A stretch of 64,000 nt of DNA from Octopus sinensis (GCF_006345805.1 NC_042997.1:29574001-29638000); one strand, 5' to 3'; counted from the stretch's first letter, positions 1 to 13,370 are shown. A program made the numbers and translations. Notes: generated by a model from the sequence alone, not told the origin.

Positions 1-279
1 CCTAGTTATTTTTTTACGGTTATACCATGATTTTAAATTTCTTTATCAAATAAGATCACCTGCCACCCCTTAATAGGTAATTTAACAACTAAGATTATCT
101 GCCAGGCGAAATGTCATCAGTAACCGGCCTCAATAACTAACTTATAATTCAGAGACAAATAACACGTAACCCATCATTATATGTTATAATTTTTCAAAAT
201 TCAGCGCGCAGGCGCAGTTTCAGTCGGCAGTATATATATAATGCCGAGCTGATTCTTCGAGAATGCTAAGAACATATTT

Positions 280-486
280 ATAAGATACATATATAGGGTA
301 GCGAATATAGGATAGCAGCCGTTTTGGCTGCTTCTTCTAGGATGTAAAAATTACCTGGTGAATGGTAGTGTTTAAATGTACACTATTTTAAAAGGAGAAT
401 ATGTTGTCTGTTGACTATTTATACATGCTGGGCCACTGGTGGTGATATTTCTAACGAATATTCGCTACCCTATATATGTATCTTAT
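280..486. mobile_element. MITE-like element with perfect 29-bp terminal inverted repeats
   Basis: ATAAGATACATATATAGGGTAGCGAATAT (280-308) is the exact reverse complement of 458-486. The interior is non-coding and the context is TA-rich. Confidence 0.65.
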
Positions 487-559
487 GTATATATATATAT
501 ATACCTCGTTCAGAGATTTATTATTGCTTGCATATAGTTTTTCGAGATCAGTGACGAAA

Positions 560-850
560 AGTTACTGGAAAAACGATAAAAGTATTTGCATTGGGACATC
601 CTTCATCGAAACCCGGTGATTGTCGTACGCCAACGACAGGTCAATACCTAGAAACTGCAGTCCGTGTGTATCACTTAGGTTGATGAGGGAGGGATGACCT
701 CCCTTTGCAAATACAATAAGGGCACAGAAAGTGTGCCTCAAGTCAGATGGAGACGATGTTCTCCTGGGGCTACAATCTACAGTGACACCCACCCTTAGTG
801 GTTAGCCATATTGAGATGGCAAGTATACCTCACATTGTCGTGCAGTTACT
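560..850 (+). mobile_element. Decayed, internally deleted Merlin (IS1016-like) transposase fragment
   Basis: The + frame from 679 reads VDEGGMTSLCKYNKGTESVPQVRWRRCSPGATIYSD. This resembles the Merlin motifs VEIDES..KRKYNRG...WVFG and PGTTIYSD, with about 30 aa missing between them. The fragment is flanked by a 26-bp direct repeat. Confidence 0.45.
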
Positions 851-875
851 GTTTATACCTCGTTCAGAGATTTAT

Positions 876-918
<43 letters not shown>

Positions 919-933
919 TAGATAGATAGATAG

Positions 934-966
<33 letters not shown>

Positions 967-969
967 TAA

Positions 970-1017
<48 letters not shown>

Positions 1018-1104
1018 TTATATTCATATATATGCGTGTGTGCGCGTGTCTGTTGTGTGTGTTTGTATGTATATGTATATGTATGTCTTTGCTTCTGTAT
1101 TTGA

Positions 1105-1300
1105 GTACCATGGAACCTTTCTAACTATTGCTGGTGTGTTTACATCCACGGAATATAGTGTTTCGGCAAGAGACCGATCGTCTAAATACCAAGCTTAAAA
1201 ATAAATAATGGGGTCGTTTCCGTTGACTAAAATTCTCCAAAGCACTGGCCCACTATGATGGCAGTCTAATGACTGTAAGAACGAAATGTTAAAAGAGGAA
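1105..1300 (+). mobile_element. SINE family A, 3' half
   Basis: gctggtgtgtttac...cggcaagagaccgat...ggggtcgttt...gactaaa aligns with the 3' part of the copy at 56331-56715. Confidence 0.7.
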
Positions 1301-2181
1301 AATACTTCATGAGAGTGCCTATGTCTAGAAATAAAGAGCATGGCTGATAGAACCACTAGAAAGAATAATGATTTCAAAAGCGAGATTCTTTGACAGCGTC
1401 AATGGTTTACATTAAAAATCAATTGCTGGTATCACTCTTTTCAGAGCAATCACTATCGTTTATCTGGATTGAAGTATTTTCTTTATATGTTTTCACTTAC
1501 TGTACACATATATACATATATATGCAGATATATTTTGAGGCTGTTTTTTTCTATCATTATATTACGCATAGCCTGAGTTTCCATATTGATTTTTTCAGTT
1601 GTTATCCGTTGATACTTAAGTAGTTTCTTTATAGCATAGTTTAGGATTTTCTTCAACTTAAAATTCAATTTAGAATTCTTATGGTTCTTAATTCGTTTTC
1701 TTTACACTTGATTATTTATGCGGCGTCTAGATGATAAGGTGTCTTTTTTCATAGAGATTGTAATGAACAATGCCCTGAACAACAATACAAATTATGTCTA
1801 GACCCCAAACCTGCAAAATTAAATTTCAATCTATCAATCTACTTATTTATTCATTTCTATAACCTCAGCTGTACAGAAATATAAAGTAAAGTGCAAGCCA
1901 TTGTTTTGTCACAGTTAAATCATTTTTCAGTCCTGTATTTCAATCTCTGCTGAACAATTCAAAGGAAAACTTCAGTTTCAACATTAATTATCACAAGATG
2001 TTTCATTAAGACGACAATATGTTATATATGTATGTTTACGACTGATTGTGTTAAAGTGCTGGTATGTGAGTGTATTTTTGCGAGTGCACATATATATGTA
2101 GGTAGGTATGGAAAAGTATATTTATTCTTACACGAATACTATATGTGCGTGCATTTCTGTATATGTATGTATGTATATATG

Positions 2182-2215
<34 letters not shown>

Positions 2216-2259
2216 ATATATATATAAATGGATGAATGAATTATCCTTTGTTTACCGTT

Positions 2260-2900
2260 AACTTGGAAAATTCAATAAACAGTTACCAGGGTAGCAAAAT
2301 TCACGCAAGTAACACGGATGAAGCGACCTATTCAAAGATAGAAACTCCGGGTTAATGTGCAGTAATTTGTGTAGTATAAGTAAATGGAGTTGAACGCAGA
2401 GTAGAAAGAGAAGGGTTAAAGAAATAATAAGTAGAGAACAAATAAAGAGGGATACGTTGGTTGAAAAAATGTTCAAAGGCTTAGAAGTAGATTTCTCTAT
2501 TGAAGTAAAGTGCAAGTTAAACTAACCGTTCAAACTATAAAGACTATACTTAACATCAGATAAAGGAATAGAGATCTGCGTGATCTCTTGAGAAATATAT
2601 GATAGACGGGCACTAGAAAATTTAAGCAAGGACAGGCTATATTCTGAAGTGACAGATATAACTGCGACCAGGACTGAGGATCGAATAACCGCATAGACGG
2701 ACATCTATAGATGGAGACAAATACGTAATAAATTCAAGAAAAACTTCATCACAAAAACAGTAGATTACCCAGCTCTACAAAAAGGAAAACATGTTCTGGG
2801 TTCTACTCACGTACACTCTTCTACTGCTGCCTTAGGTTAAAATTCATATCCACTACCCTTCTACAAGCCCGAAATCCACATTGAGATTCAGGTACCACTA
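2260..2900 (+). mobile_element. Highly decayed LINE remnant, possibly RTE-like
   Basis: Purine-rich, stop-interrupted stretch with only a weak resemblance to RTE reverse-transcriptase C-termini. Confidence 0.25.
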
Positions 2901-3451
2901 AGCCGGCAATGGCATCATTTAGTCTGTTTAAGACACCATTTCCAAGGATCTTCCCCGCAATACACACAGGGAGATACCTCTATGGCTGTCACTCCTTTCG
3001 AAATTTTGGAAAACGGGTACTACTTTTCAGAAAAGCAGAAAAATGTAGAAATACGGATTGACTTTAGGCCGGAAATCAGCAGGCTTGGTAATATAATTAA
3101 ATTAACGCCTGGAATTTTAGATCGGAAGAATATGTGATTACTTTAAAATATCAATCTCCCATCTAAGAAGACATTAATATGAACCAACAATTTATGCATT
3201 AGTAAAAGCTGCCCTACTTTAAATGGTAACGACAATTTTCCCTTAGTGTTTTTAAATCAGTTGAGTCAGAACGAATTTATATCTATAAAATATATTATAG
3301 AAATATTATATATAAAAATATACTATAAAAATTTCGAATATTTGCGCGGCGCTGGGATATGTGTAAATATACATTTCGTCTAAAGTATACTAATGCAAAT
3401 GTTTATTGCTAATGGAGGTGCATTTTATAAATATAAATATATATACATATG

Positions 3452-3492
<41 letters not shown>

Positions 3493-5137
3493 TTGTGTAT
3501 GTGTTTGTGTGCGTGTGAATGTATGTGTTTATGTATATATGTGTATAATCATACGAACATATCATCACATCATATGTTATGTACATATAAAAATATATAA
3601 ATATATATACACATATATGCATATATATGTATTGTATGTATAAATATTGTATAGAGATTAGTATGTATGTTTCTAGGTTACTTAAAAAATATTATATTAC
3701 AGTCATATTTTCATTCGTTATTATACGAAAAACAAAAATAATCTGATTGACACTCCTAACAAAACAGTAACTTTAACTCGGCACCTTCGATTAATAATAT
3801 CCTATATGCTTAATATAGTATTTAAAAGTATGCTAACACTTGTTTATTTGAATCAGAGTTAAACTAACAGTAAATAAACTTTGCTTGTTATTTCCAGTCT
3901 TATAATTTATTCATTTACGCAGTAGAGTTTTCTTGTAGCATTTAGAGCTTCAGTTTAATTCTGTAAAGTGAATTTTCTTTGTCAAAATCAAGAGTTCAAA
4001 ACTATTATATTGATGATAAACTTCATCTTTTCCATATTTACCAGATTATTTATATCTGAGAATGAATGTGTAGAGAACTGACGTGTAACAAAGTACATGA
4101 AATAAGTGGAATGGTGACTGATATATGTTATTGATACAGATTGGCATACGTCTTAAGTAACGTTCATGCTAAAAGATAATAAATACTGATCATTACAAAG
4201 AATATCCTATGTACATCAGTGAAATATTCTAACCTCTGGAACATCCCTAGGGATAATAGAAAGTATGTATTTTAGTTTCATACACAGTAAATTGTCAATG
4301 AAAATATGAGAATTTACAAAGAAACATGATTTTACTTAAAGGTTTTTCACTAGGTCATCTATAACGTTTCATGAATAAATGAGCAGAAGTATCTAAAATA
4401 TTTGGAGATGACTTTAGTGTTAGGGAAGACAATATTCCATTCTCATTCACGTAGCTCTCTTTATTAATTATCAACTTACCTTTATAAGGTTTCAGGCATT
4501 TACTTTTTTGTCACTGCTTGTATTCATCAACAGGGCTGCTCCATCTTTGGTCTTCAGGTTAGAAATCCTCGCTGAAAACAATGGCAAATCTAGTGTGATA
4601 GGAGATAACTTTATTTCCTTCAATGGATAAGATTTTTGAAATGATACAGGTAAATGAGAAGAAAACATTAAATCGTTGCAAATATATTGTCTCAATTTAT
4701 TCATTATTGCTTTGAATGGTACTGGATAACAACATATTTTGCCATTGATTTAAATAATGCAAACAGACCCAGTCACAAACTGGGCATAAATAATTCAATA
4801 AAGTAGAAGTGTTCAAATGCAATAAACTAGACACCGATTTTTTTCTTTTGCATTTATCACACACATAATAAAAGGAAAACTAAATATATGTCTTGATTTT
4901 TTTTTTAATTCAGTGTTGCTTTATATCAGTATATTAGAAACAATAGAAGTACATACTCGTATATGTACATATTTATTCGTAAGTACATATGGGCACACTA
5001 ACACAAATAGACAAATGTACACAAATTTTTAACAACTTTTGTTGTAAGGAAAATGGGCATCACGATAGATAACAATATGTGCCTTATGAATGCACTTCAA
5101 CACCGCACAGACCGGGCCGAAGGCCGAATGGCCCGCT

Positions 5138-5189
<52 letters not shown>

Positions 5190-5196
<7 letters not shown>

Positions 5197-6052
5197 AGAG
5201 TGAATAATCTGTTATCAAATTAAGTAAAAATGAAAATAACAATGACATCACATTTTAACAGATATATTTACCAAAGTAATATAATATCTTGAAATAATAA
5301 AGAGTAAATTCATTTAATATAATTGCCATTTGCTTCAACCACAGCCTCTAGACGACTTCGGAATCTCCTACAACTCTTCGCGACGGTCTCCTTGTTTAAG
5401 TTGGTGTATGATGCCACAATCCTTGCTTTCAGTTCATTTTTTTGTATTACAAGGAGTTTTGTTGGTCGCCCGCTCAACTGCGCCCCACACAGTCTGGTGA
5501 GTTAGTTGGCTAGATGTTAGGGATGATATGATCATAGAAATGGTCTGACAGCTCCGACAGGGTTCTCCTGCTTATGTGGCATGATGCAGAGTCCTGTTGC
5601 CAGACATAGTCTTCCAGCAGCATCTGTCTTGACAAAAGGCAGCACTACCCACTCCAAGAACTTGATGTAGGCTTCCATGTTGAATTTCAAGCAGTATGGG
5701 AGGATGAATGGAGGTATAACGTCGCCATCATTAGTTATCACTCCATGATGTTGCCTGGATATTTGATTTTTATCTCTCTCGGTATATATCCTCAGATTAC
5801 ACTATCATCATATGGACACCTAAACACTCTGAACTGTTTGCATTGGATCTTCTGGCGCGAATGTCAAGCAGTATAGTATATCGCTTCCAAATCTCTGGCA
5901 AAGTGAACTGTGTGTCATGGTACTCTTTTTCTCACAGACTGTGCCCAACTGACCTTACTGACCTTACTATCGTCGTCAAAATGCAAACAAATATTTCACA
6001 TGCGCGAAATTAAAAATATAAAACGGCAACAATTTACCCACCCTACCCTGTA
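5190..6052 (-). mobile_element. Tc1/mariner-superfamily (maT/DD37D-like) transposon remnant
   Basis: The minus ORF reads ITNDGDVIPPFILPYCLKFNMEAYIKFLEWVVLP. The next frame gives QQDSA- and WPPNSPD-like residues. The 5' end is TA-CAGGGT next to a (TA)n run. Confidence 0.8.
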
Positions 6053-6478
6053 TATATATATATATATATAAAAGTTCAATATATATTTTTTGTATATAAA
6101 TAAAAGAGGTAGGCAACATGTTGCTTAGCCACATACCGGAAAAATTAGAAATAGCAGTCAAAGACTGTTTATTTCTATTTTCTACAAATGAGACTCCACA
6201 TACGACATATCCCTGTAATTCACATATGCAAAACAGAAGGAAGAAATAACGAAAACAAGTCTAACGGTTATTTACGAACGCGGTTCTAGATTAGGAATAT
6301 AATAAAATATAAATTTCATGTCTTTCCTCACCGTAAACCCCCACTAAAATAGATTTATCAAATGCTACGTACCACCACTTCTCATTGTAGAAAATAGAAA
6401 TAAACAGTCTTTGACTGCTATTTCTAATTTTTTCCGTATGTGGCTAAGCAACCTGTTGTCTGCCTCTTTTATTTATAT

Positions 6479-6525
<47 letters not shown>

Positions 6526-6754
6526 TAATATTTATATTTATATGTATATATATATTTATATGTGTATATATTATATATTAATATTTTATTTATATGTATG
6601 TATATATACATATATATATATTTATATGTGTATATATATATATATGTATGTGTTGTGTGTGTATATGTATATATATATATACATACATGTATGTATATTG
6701 AGAGATAGAGAGAGAATCGTCACAGTGCGGCGATGCTGGGGTATCGCTTTGTAG

Positions 6755-7110
6755 TTGTTTTTAGTGGAATGAATGAATGGACCAAAGTACTTGATTTTTG
6801 AACCTTGCTACATATGCGATCAGTCTATTTTGCTTAAACGCTATGTTACGGGAGGGAAAGACACCAATATCAGTTGGCAAGAGGTGGTGGGAGACAAACA
6901 CAGACACACCGACACACATAGTTATATACCTATACGACGGCTTCTTTCAGGTTCCGTCTAACAAATCAGCTCATAACGTTTTGGTATGTTTGCGTATTTC
7001 CATATGCGTTAGTGGGTGCTGGTCTTGGCGCAAAATGGGCAAATAACAGAAGCCGCTCCTTTGCTACTACAAGTTCCTGTGTTTGATCTTGCTGCATGAG
7101 CAACTTGGAC
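6755..7110 (-). mobile_element. SINE family A, diverged copy
   Basis: The reverse complement matches the family A body (gagtggatttggtagacggaaactgaaagaag; ggtgtgtttac...taac) seen at 56331-56715. Confidence 0.65.
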
Positions 7111-7221
7111 AATTGCTACTTTCTACACTCGGGGTCTGTTCTGGGGTCTGAAAATGGATAGATGGAAACTAACGGAAGCCAGCCAGATGGATAAAACCTT
7201 GTCAAACGATGTCAAGCTGAT

Positions 7222-7375
7222 ATTATTTCCTACTCTAGGTACAAGTACAAGGCCCGAAATTTGTGGGGAGGGGGCCCAATTGACTAGATCGGCTCCAGTA
7301 CGCAACTGGTACTTTATTTATCGAACACAAAAGGATGAAAGGCAAAGTCGACCTCGGCGGATTGTCAAGCTGATA
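7222..7375 (-). mobile_element. SINE family B, 5'-truncated, tail type A
   Basis: ttcctactctaggtacaag...cccgaaatttgtgggg...aaaggatgaaaggcaaagtcgacctcggcgg is shared with the copies at 20278-20870. Confidence 0.75.
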
Positions 7376-8267
7376 TTACATAAGAACGTATTGTGGACTT
7401 TCTTATGTAACACGAGACGTATTTCCGGAATGCTCAGCCAATTTGTAATTCAGGAGCAAGTAATTCAGATGAACGAATACTAGCTACAGTATCTTCGATA
7501 ACCACCACCATTACACACACACGTGCACCCCCCCCCCCCCGCACATACATGCATGAATCATTCTAATTGCCCATATTTTTTACATAATAATATTAAGTTA
7601 TATAAGCCAAAATTTAGAGTTATAAAATGCCATGTAATTTATAAAGTCGCCAGAAAATATCTTTTGAACATAAATGACATTTTATTTCGTTCTTAATTTC
7701 CTCATTTTATCTCTCTTCAATCTATAAAGAATTCGGATTTGAATATTGGCGTTACTCAAACGAAAATATTCTTCATGTTCCGCAAATTCTAGAGAGTATT
7801 ATTACATAGAAATTGTATGCGGCTTATATGCAAGAAAAACATGCAATTACAAAGTTATTAAATTTCGCAAAACTTTTGAAAGACCAAATATTTCCGCAGA
7901 CACATCGGAAGATAAATATTTTCAATATTCAGTTTTAGTGGAATTGAACATAATTTGTTTTTGTTAAACGTATAAATAAATACAAATGTGCATATATATA
8001 TATATATATGTGTATGTATGTATGTATGTATGTATGTATGTATGTATGTATGTATGTATATATATATATGTATGTATATACAAGGTACAGCTGCATCATG
8101 TTTCTGTTTTCTGTTCCTTTCGTAGTATATTTTGTAACTCCTCGCAATATCCGGCTTTGCACAATAGCATTCTTTAAAAACGGGCATGTGGGTGCGTGTG
8201 TGTGCTGTGTGTGAGTTGTATGTGTGTGTTTGAAAGTGTATACATACCATACACAAATATATATATA

Positions 8268-8289
<22 letters not shown>

Positions 8290-8299
<10 letters not shown>

Positions 8300-8720
8300 A
8301 AACATTATTGGTGAATTGAAGAAATGGAGCTGAACGCAGATTGAACAGAAATCGTTTTATTTCATTCTACACGTGTTTCGAAAGGCACAAATTACCAAAA
8401 TCCGATTGAATAATGGGACCATATTGTGTCTTTCTCTTCAGGAAGAAAATAGGAAATCCGTTGGAAAAACAAAAACAGAACAGAGGCGGAGCAAAACAAA
8501 TCGAACTATGCTCCTAGAGCCCATGGCGAAACTGTTTATCAGTGTATGTTGAGAACCGGTGGCTGAAGAATTCAACGGGTCAGGCATCGGTCAATCATGT
8601 GGGTGAGGGTGTGTAGATGTTCTTTGTGACCGAGAATAAAGTTCTGACTATTTAAGGAATATTGGATGTTTTATAAGGGGCGAGAAAAAATCTACTTAGA
8701 GACGTGTGGTGTGTATACTG
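8290..8720 (-). mobile_element. Penelope-like element terminal (pLTR) fragment
   Basis: Contains a minimal type-I hammerhead motif. Such motifs are an established hallmark of Penelope pLTRs. Confidence 0.5.
8360..8450 (-). ncRNA. Hammerhead ribozyme (minimal type I)
   Basis: Minus strand: ttc-CUGAAGA-gaaagacacaa...ttgtgcctttc-GAAA-cacgtg-UA-gaa. Stem II pairs 10 of 11 bp, stem III is the palindrome ACACGUGU, and the cleavage triplet is GUA. Confidence 0.8.
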
Positions 8721-9539
8721 TTCTATATATGTGTGTGTTGGCGTAGGGGTAGAAAACATTTTTTGTGTACGTGTGTGCGTTTGATCGTTCGGCTGTCAGT
8801 GGCTACTGCGGTGAGAACCGTTGGGTGGCAGAAAAAAATATATATATATTATGTTTTATGTATGTGTGTGTTCATCTAAGCCTGCCTTGTCAAGGAAACC
8901 CCCTGCTGTGAAAAAACCAAGCCACGTTTGTCTTACAGGAGTAATTCCCCTTGCAGTGGTTAATCGTAGATATCTTAAAGGCTATTTCAGAATTTGTTAC
9001 CAAGGGCTATGGGTGCCGGTATTATTTATAAACGCTATTTAAAAGCCAGATAAGTGTAACGCCGCCAATGGGGGCATCGAAAAGCCGACTGTAAAAGCCC
9101 GTTTACCATCCGGCCTCTGGCAAACAAAATATGGAAGAGTTCGGAGACACAAAGGTTGCACTGCCTTCTGCCCCTATCAAATGGGAGGGCCACCGACAAA
9201 ATTGACCATCCAGCCTGTAGCTTAAGTTCGTATCCTTCAGTCGCCATATTAGCTTACTGAGTCCCGTGGTCTGGCGCTTGTTCATGTCCCGAAAAGTTGC
9301 GTAATGGTTGGAGACACGCAAAGACAATCTTGAGGATGAGGCCCCTACATAAGTGAAGACATCTGAGTCCGTGTAAACCTTGCATTGGTAGACGGCGTTT
9401 TTGATCTTGGAGTTGCCGACGTGAATCTTATTCTGCTAGGATTAGTTTTACTGCTGTGATTTTTGCTACTAAGGTATCGGTTAAACTTTTGATTAATCTA
9501 CTACAAGCTTATTCATCTTTCTATTTCACATTATATATA

Positions 9540-9615
<76 letters not shown>

Positions 9616-9617
<2 letters not shown>

Positions 9618-10720
9618 CAGAGACATAACAGAAGTAAATACCCAACCCTATGAAACATCGTTTTATGTTTATTCTAATTTGTAAATGTTTGTCCTTGATT
9701 AATTGATATTTTTATGTCTCACGTTCTATATGTGACTGTTTAATCATGACGCGTACAAAAGAAGCCTTGGAACTGACTGGACTTCAAAGAGGCCATATTG
9801 TGAGTCATTTCGAAGGTGAACATAGTCAGCATAAAAACGCAGAAAACCTTGGGATCCTACTTTCTACAGAGTTAATGCACCAGAAAGGGGAAGGAACCAC
9901 ATCACTTCGCCCTCATCAACCAGGGCCCTCTGATATAGCAGAGCAAGTTGATTCCAGTCCCAGAACAGCAGTCAGTTATCTCCACAAACGTGGTTACCAT
10001 AGCCGAGCAGCAAGAAGGAAGCCACTTCTTCGACCAGCCAACATCAAGCGGAGAAGAGGTTGGGCCAATGAGATTGTAGAGTGGCCACTATAATTGTGGG
10101 ACACTCGCATTCTCTGTTCAGATTTGCTGTATTTCCTGGCAACTATTTTGTGATGGTCTGGGGAGCAATTTGGAGCAACGGTTGATCAGAGCTGGTGGAG
10201 TGTGATAGAAACATACACTCAGATACAAATGCGTCCATTTTTGCTGAAAGGACTATTTTCAATCTTCACTAGTGGTGAAATGATTAAAAGATACACTTTA
10301 TTTATGGAAAATGGAGTTTCTTGTCACGCAGCTAAAATGACCCAATATTTGTTGAATGAGAATGACATTAAAAAATGTTCTTGGCCCCGCAAGTAACCAG
10401 ATATGAACCCTAATAGAAACCCCTGGGAAATAATGGACAGAACACTTCATAAAGAGAACAAGAAAGCATCTTCAAAACCAGATCTTTTTAAATTACTGCA
10501 TGGATCTTGCCAAGAAATCCCGCAAGAAAATATTCACCATCTGATCAGTAACATGTCTAATAGTGTCCTTGAAGTAAAAAAGAAAAAAGGGCATATATAT
10601 ATTCAATATTCACATTTTATCAATTGATGAATTGTTTGAATGTGTAATTTCACATTTAAAAAAAAATTAATTTTAAAAGGGTATCTGTTTGCTTTTGTCA
10701 TGTTTGTTTATATTCTTATA
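9616..10720 (+). mobile_element. Tc1-like transposon, frameshifted transposase
   Basis: HTH region GYHSRAARRKPLLRPANIKRR, then VMVWGAI, ENGVSCH (QDNAPCH-like) and WPRK..DMNPNRNPW (WPAQSPDLNPIENLW-like). Inserted in a (TA)n run. Confidence 0.85.
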
Positions 10721-10994
10721 TGTATGCACACACATACATACACATATACATGTATGTATGCATATATGTATGTATGTATATATACACACATATTTATATA
10801 TAGATATATATCAAGTAAAGTAGACAATCTTTGTAAGTAATGAAAGTAGTAAAAATGCTTAACAGTAACTATATATATATATATATGTATGTATGTGTGT
10901 GCGTGAGTGTGTGTGTGTGAGAGAGAGATTGTGTGTGAGAGAGAGATTGTGTGTGAGTGTGTGTGTAAACATATATGTACATATGTAACGCAAT

Positions 10995-11198
10995 AAAGTG
11001 GTAGAAACGTTAGCACAGCAGATGAAATGCTAAGCGGTATTTCGTCTGCCTTTACGTTCTGAGTTCAAATTCGCGAACGTCACCTTTGCCTTTCACCCTT
11101 TCGGGTTCGATAAATTAATTACTAGTTGCATACTGGTGTCGATCTAACCGAGTGGCTCCCTCCCCCCAAAATTCGCGCCTTGTGCCTAGAGTAGAAAA

Positions 11199-11200
<2 letters not shown>
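10995..11200 (+). mobile_element. SINE family B, near full length, tail type A
   Basis: tRNA-like head with a B box (GAGTTCAAATTC). The body ends ...ttgtgcctagagtagaaaagaa followed by (TA)n. Confidence 0.8.
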
Positions 11201-11261
<61 letters not shown>

Positions 11262-11265
<4 letters not shown>

Positions 11266-12492
11266 GTCATCCTATCAGCTCTGTCCGAATAAAGAAAACA
11301 AGTGATCAAATGTTATATTTAACTGAAAGTTAATCATCAATGTACTTTCCCTGATTATCTATGACTTCATTTCATCCATTTACAAGCTTTTCAATCCCAT
11401 CAATGTAAAACTCTTTTGGTTTCAGAGCGAAGAACTCTAAAATGTCAGTTTCGAACTCCTCCTGGCTTGCGAAACTTAAGTTCCCCAACTGGTTCTGTAA
11501 ACTTCGAAACAAATGGTAGTCTGAAGGAGCAAGGTCGGGAGAATATGGTGCATGAGGAATTTTTTCTCAACCAAGCTCTTCGATCTTTTGTGAAGTGATC
11601 TTTTGTGAAGTGATCGATTCACCAAAGCGGGTCTTTTTGTTTTCTTCAAAGCTTGGTTAAAACGCTCTAATTGCTGACAGTAGACTTGAGCATTGATCGT
11701 TGCATTAGGTGGTAACAATTCATAGTGAATTACTCTTTTGCAATCACACTAGATAGAGACAAGAACCTTTTTCCCATGAAGCTCCCTTCTAGGTTGTGGT
11801 TGAGATTTTCCCATTTACCACTGTTTACGACGTTTAACATTTCGTTAGAAGATCCATTTTTTGTCACCAGTCACAAGACTATCCAAAAACGCTGAAATGA
11901 GTTTGCGAGAATGGAGAGAAAAGCAGATGTCAACGCGGGATTTGCGGTTGCTTTCGGACAATTCATGAGGCACCCATTTTACAAGTTTAGGAACTTTTCC
12001 AAGTTGTTGAAGATGACGATGAACAGTTGTATGATCTGGACTAAGCTTTATTGCTAATTCTTCAACTGGTAATGCAGGATGTTCTTCGTGTAATGCCTCA
12101 TGGAGCTTATCATCACATTCAGCTTCACACTCTGTTCGATCGTCATGTTCAAGGCTGCAATCTCCAATTCTGAATTTTCCAAAGCATCTTCTGCAAGATG
12201 TTTTCATTCAAGCTTTCTTTCCCATAAACTGAGTGTATGTTTCGAGTCGCTTCGCCTGTAGAGTTTCCTTTTTTGTACTCATAAAGCATTATGTGCCTCA
12301 AATGCTCTTTGGATACTTCCATGTTAGAAATAGTTTAAATCAGAAAATTTATTCTGTAAAATAATATTTAATTTGTTTAAATGTACACATACGCTTATAA
12401 ATAATTTTTAATTCAATTAGACATTCTAAAATTCTACTAAATTTCATTCAATTTAAAAGGCAAAGTCGGTCAGAACTTATGGTATGAATTGA
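11262..12492 (-). mobile_element. Mariner transposon, near full length, decayed
   Basis: WVPHEL motif and LVTGDKKWIF (first catalytic Asp). Imperfect TIRs TCAGGTCATCCTATCAGCTCTGTCCGA and TCAATTCATACCATAAGTTCTGACCGA. TA flanks. Confidence 0.9.
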
Positions 12493-12531
12493 TATATATA
12501 TATATATTATATATATATATATGTGTGTGTG

Positions 12532-12569
<38 letters not shown>

Positions 12570-12572
12570 ATA

Positions 12573-13370
12573 TACACATAAAAAGGCGACACTTTACAGG
12601 TCACCTTACATGTTAGAGAGGGCAGCCAAGCTCAGTTCGCGAAGAAAGTAATTCGAAAGAGAACGAAAATAACAATTATTTACAGTTAATCACAAACTCG
12701 AGTATTAATGAACAAATAAATTATTTTGACATCTGTACTTCATCAGTGGGATCAGCTAAGACAAGATATAATTATGTAGCAAATACGCGCCTAAACTTGA
12801 TTTTGAGATTAAATAATTTTTTATTTACATTCTCTTAGGAATTACTTTTTTCGTGGTTAGTGTTTGGCTGCCCTCTCTCGTATGTAAGGCGTCCTTTTAA
12901 AGTTCGACTGTTTCGTCTCATAAACACTATACACTTTTTATGTATGAAAAGATGTAGTCTATTGACTTTTATCGCGCATGCTAGTCGCTGGTATGAATTT
13001 TCTCTAAAGTTTTTACCCTTTTAATGTCCACAGTAAAATTTTCATAATTTCAAAGCATGATAAGCATTTTTAATTATATTATTTGCTGCGGAGTAAATGA
13101 CTGCGCTTGCAGTTTACCTAAATGTATAAGTATGCAGCTCACGTGGAATGTCGGTGCGTCTTTACTAAATAGTTATTATAGGTCCCAATGATTAAGTACA
13201 ATGATGAAGACAACTTAATTTATTTGTTCTTTAATACTGAAATTCGAGTAAGGGATTAACTATAAATAATTGTGGCTCTCATTCTCTTCGTAATAACTTT
13301 TATCGGGGTTTGGGTTTGGCTGCCCTCCCTAGCATGTAAGGCGTCCTGTAAAGGGTCGCCTTTTTGTGTA
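12573..13370. mobile_element. MITE-like element with ~55-bp imperfect TIRs and an internal third copy of the TIR
   Basis: 12573-12629 is the reverse complement of 13316-13370, with 5 substitutions and a 2-bp indel. A similar motif starts at about 12863. Confidence 0.55.

Noticed and set aside
1195-1377. ORF resembling a signal peptide (MKSLFFLVVLSAMLF...)
   Set aside because: It starts at TTG, and its 3' half is the antisense of a family A SINE.
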